Positions 62,190 through 64,000 of a stretch of 64,000 nucleotides of DNA are shown piece after piece. Source of the stretch: the human T2T-CHM13v2.0 reference genome, Homo sapiens; the NCBI RefSeq assembly GCF_009914755.1, contig NC_060946.1; one strand, 5' to 3'. Position 1 is the stretch's first letter. Each line of letters opens with the position of its first letter. Position numbers and translations under genes: made by a program. Below the pieces are notes generated by a model. It ran no database searches. It saw nothing but the letters and a program-made list of their open reading frames with translations, and was not told the origin of the DNA.

Positions 62190-63700
62190 CTCTTAGCTCA
62201 GCCTGTCATAAGAAAATACCACAGACTAGATGAATTAAACAACAGAAACCTGTTTCTCAAAGTTCTAGAGGCTGAGAAGTCCAAGATCAGGGTACCAGCC
62301 AATTCAGTTCCTGGTGAGAGCTCTCTTCCTGGCTTATAGATGACCTTTTTGCTGTGTCTTCACACAGTGGAGGGAAGGGAAAAGGCAGGAAGGAGGGGAG
62401 GAGAGGAAGAGAAAGAGGGAGAGGCAGCTGTTCCTCTTCTTAAAAGGCCACAGTCTTATCAAATGAGGTCCAACCCTTATGACCTTATTTAGCCTTAATT
62501 ACCTGCTAATGGCCTTATCTCCAACTACGGTCACATTGGGGGTTAGAGCTTTAACACATGAATTTTGGAGGGACGCAGCTGTCTATAGCATTGCACACCC
62601 AGCACCCCCAAAATGTATGTCCTTCTTGCACGCAAAATACATCCACTCCAACAGCCTCCAAAGTCTTAACTCATAACACCATCGACTCATCTAAAGTCTC
62701 ATCTAAATATCATTTAAATCAGGTATGAGTGAGACTCAAGGTATGATTTATCCTGCGGCAAACTGCTCTCTATCTGTAAATCTATGACCCCATACAAGTT
62801 ATGTGCTTCCAAAACACAATGGTGGGACAGGCATAGTATAGACATTGCTGTGCCAAAAGGGAGAAATAAGGAAAGAGGAAAGGAGTGTCGGGTTTCAAGC
62901 AAGTGCAAAACCTAGCAAGGCAAATTCCATTAGATCTCAAGGCTTGAGAATAAGCTTCTTTGGTTTGATGCTCTGCCCTAAAGGCCCACTAAGGTGGCAG
63001 CATCACCTCCACGGCTCTTTCAAGCTGCCCTGTTCACACAGCTTTCTTCAGAGAGCAGCCCACTCCTGAGGCACTGGATGGGATTGTCCTGGCTGAAACC
63101 AGAGACACAGCCCTGCCCTTGGAAACAGAGGAGAAAACACCTTGATTCTGGGACCTATGGTAGCAGTGGCACCTCTGATGATTCCTTAATCACCTTCTGG
63201 TTCATTCTTAGCACACATTCGCAGCTGATGGCTCTACTGTTTGGTTCTGTAGACTCCAAGAAGGTTGAGAATTATCCTTCATTCTGTCCTGCTTTCTCTA
63301 CCCCCTTTAGTTCAAACTGGCAGTGTCTTCACTGGTATAATTCCATTCCTGGATTCTGCCAAGATAGCTGCTGAAGTCCATGAGTTGTACTCATGATCTC
63401 TATTACTTAAATTTTTATTTTTTTTTTATAGGGACAGGGTCTCACTATGTTGCCCAGGCTGGTCTCGAACTCCTGGGCTTAAGTGATCCCCTCACCTCAG
63501 CCTCCCAAAGTGCTGGGATTACAGGCATGAGCTGCCATTCCTGGCCTGGTGATCTCTTCACCAGTGATTGTTCAGACACATCCTCAGTGTTCTCTTCAGA
63601 ACAAGCGTTCTATTTTTTTTTTTTTTTTTTTTTTTTTTGCAATATGGATAGGCTGAAATTTTGCCACATCTTCAAGTTCTGCTTCCTTTTTGCTTAATTG
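62190..63700 (-). mobile_element. MLT1A/MST-like LTR plus MaLR internal sequence, with a FLAM (~63410-63547); downstream of SEZ6L
   Basis: AAAATACCACAGACT...GGCTGAGAAGTCCAAGATCAGGGTACCAGC...ACATTGGGGGTTAG...ACATGAATTTTGG. Confidence 0.65.
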
Positions 63701-64000
63701 TTTCTTTCTGACAATCAAGATGAGTGATGGAGGCAGGTGTCTCAATCAATCAAGCTTTATGGAGCCAGCTGAAGGGTGCACCCAGGAGAAATGTGAGCCA
63801 CAGACACTTCTGTGGCTGTATTTTCCAGAGAGGTTCTTAAGAGGTTTAGTAGTTCTACATTTTCCTTAAAAGGAAGGAGGGGACAATGAAGTAAATGATT
63901 ACATAGTTGTGAGAGACTTTAGTTAGTGCCCAACAAATTTATGTTTTACATAAGATACGATGAACGTTTGAAGAAAAAAGGAATAGAGGAAGCAGACATC

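Overview
Primate (almost certainly human) genomic DNA rich in Alu, MIR, L1 and MLT repeats. It carries the 3' half of SEZ6L (seizure-related 6 homolog-like) on the + strand. I spliced eight GT-AG coding exons by hand (18697-18893, 26000-26194, 29407-29598, 43730-43924, 51830-51862, 53955-54069, 56054-56156, 58646-58675; 1060 nt, phases all compatible). They encode the end of a CUB domain, three Sushi/CCP domains, a 33-nt juxtamembrane microexon, a transmembrane helix and an NPxY tail ending EVSI*. A ~3.3-kb 3'UTR follows, with a poly(A) signal at 61955. The first 18.7 kb is intronic. Nearly all ORFs in the supplied track are repeat artefacts. I see no prokaryotic system, CRISPR array or intact transposon. 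The most interesting items: (1) a microexon plus a ladder of in-frame tandem splice acceptors over the inferred BACE1 shedding site; (2) an LTR-derived 55/48-bp higher-order minisatellite; (3) several strong CTCF motifs, three with correctly spaced upstream modules; (4) a split (non-canonical) RE1/REST site; (5) a MADE1 hairpin with a compensated change in both arms. Repeat subfamily names and repeat edges are by-eye estimates.
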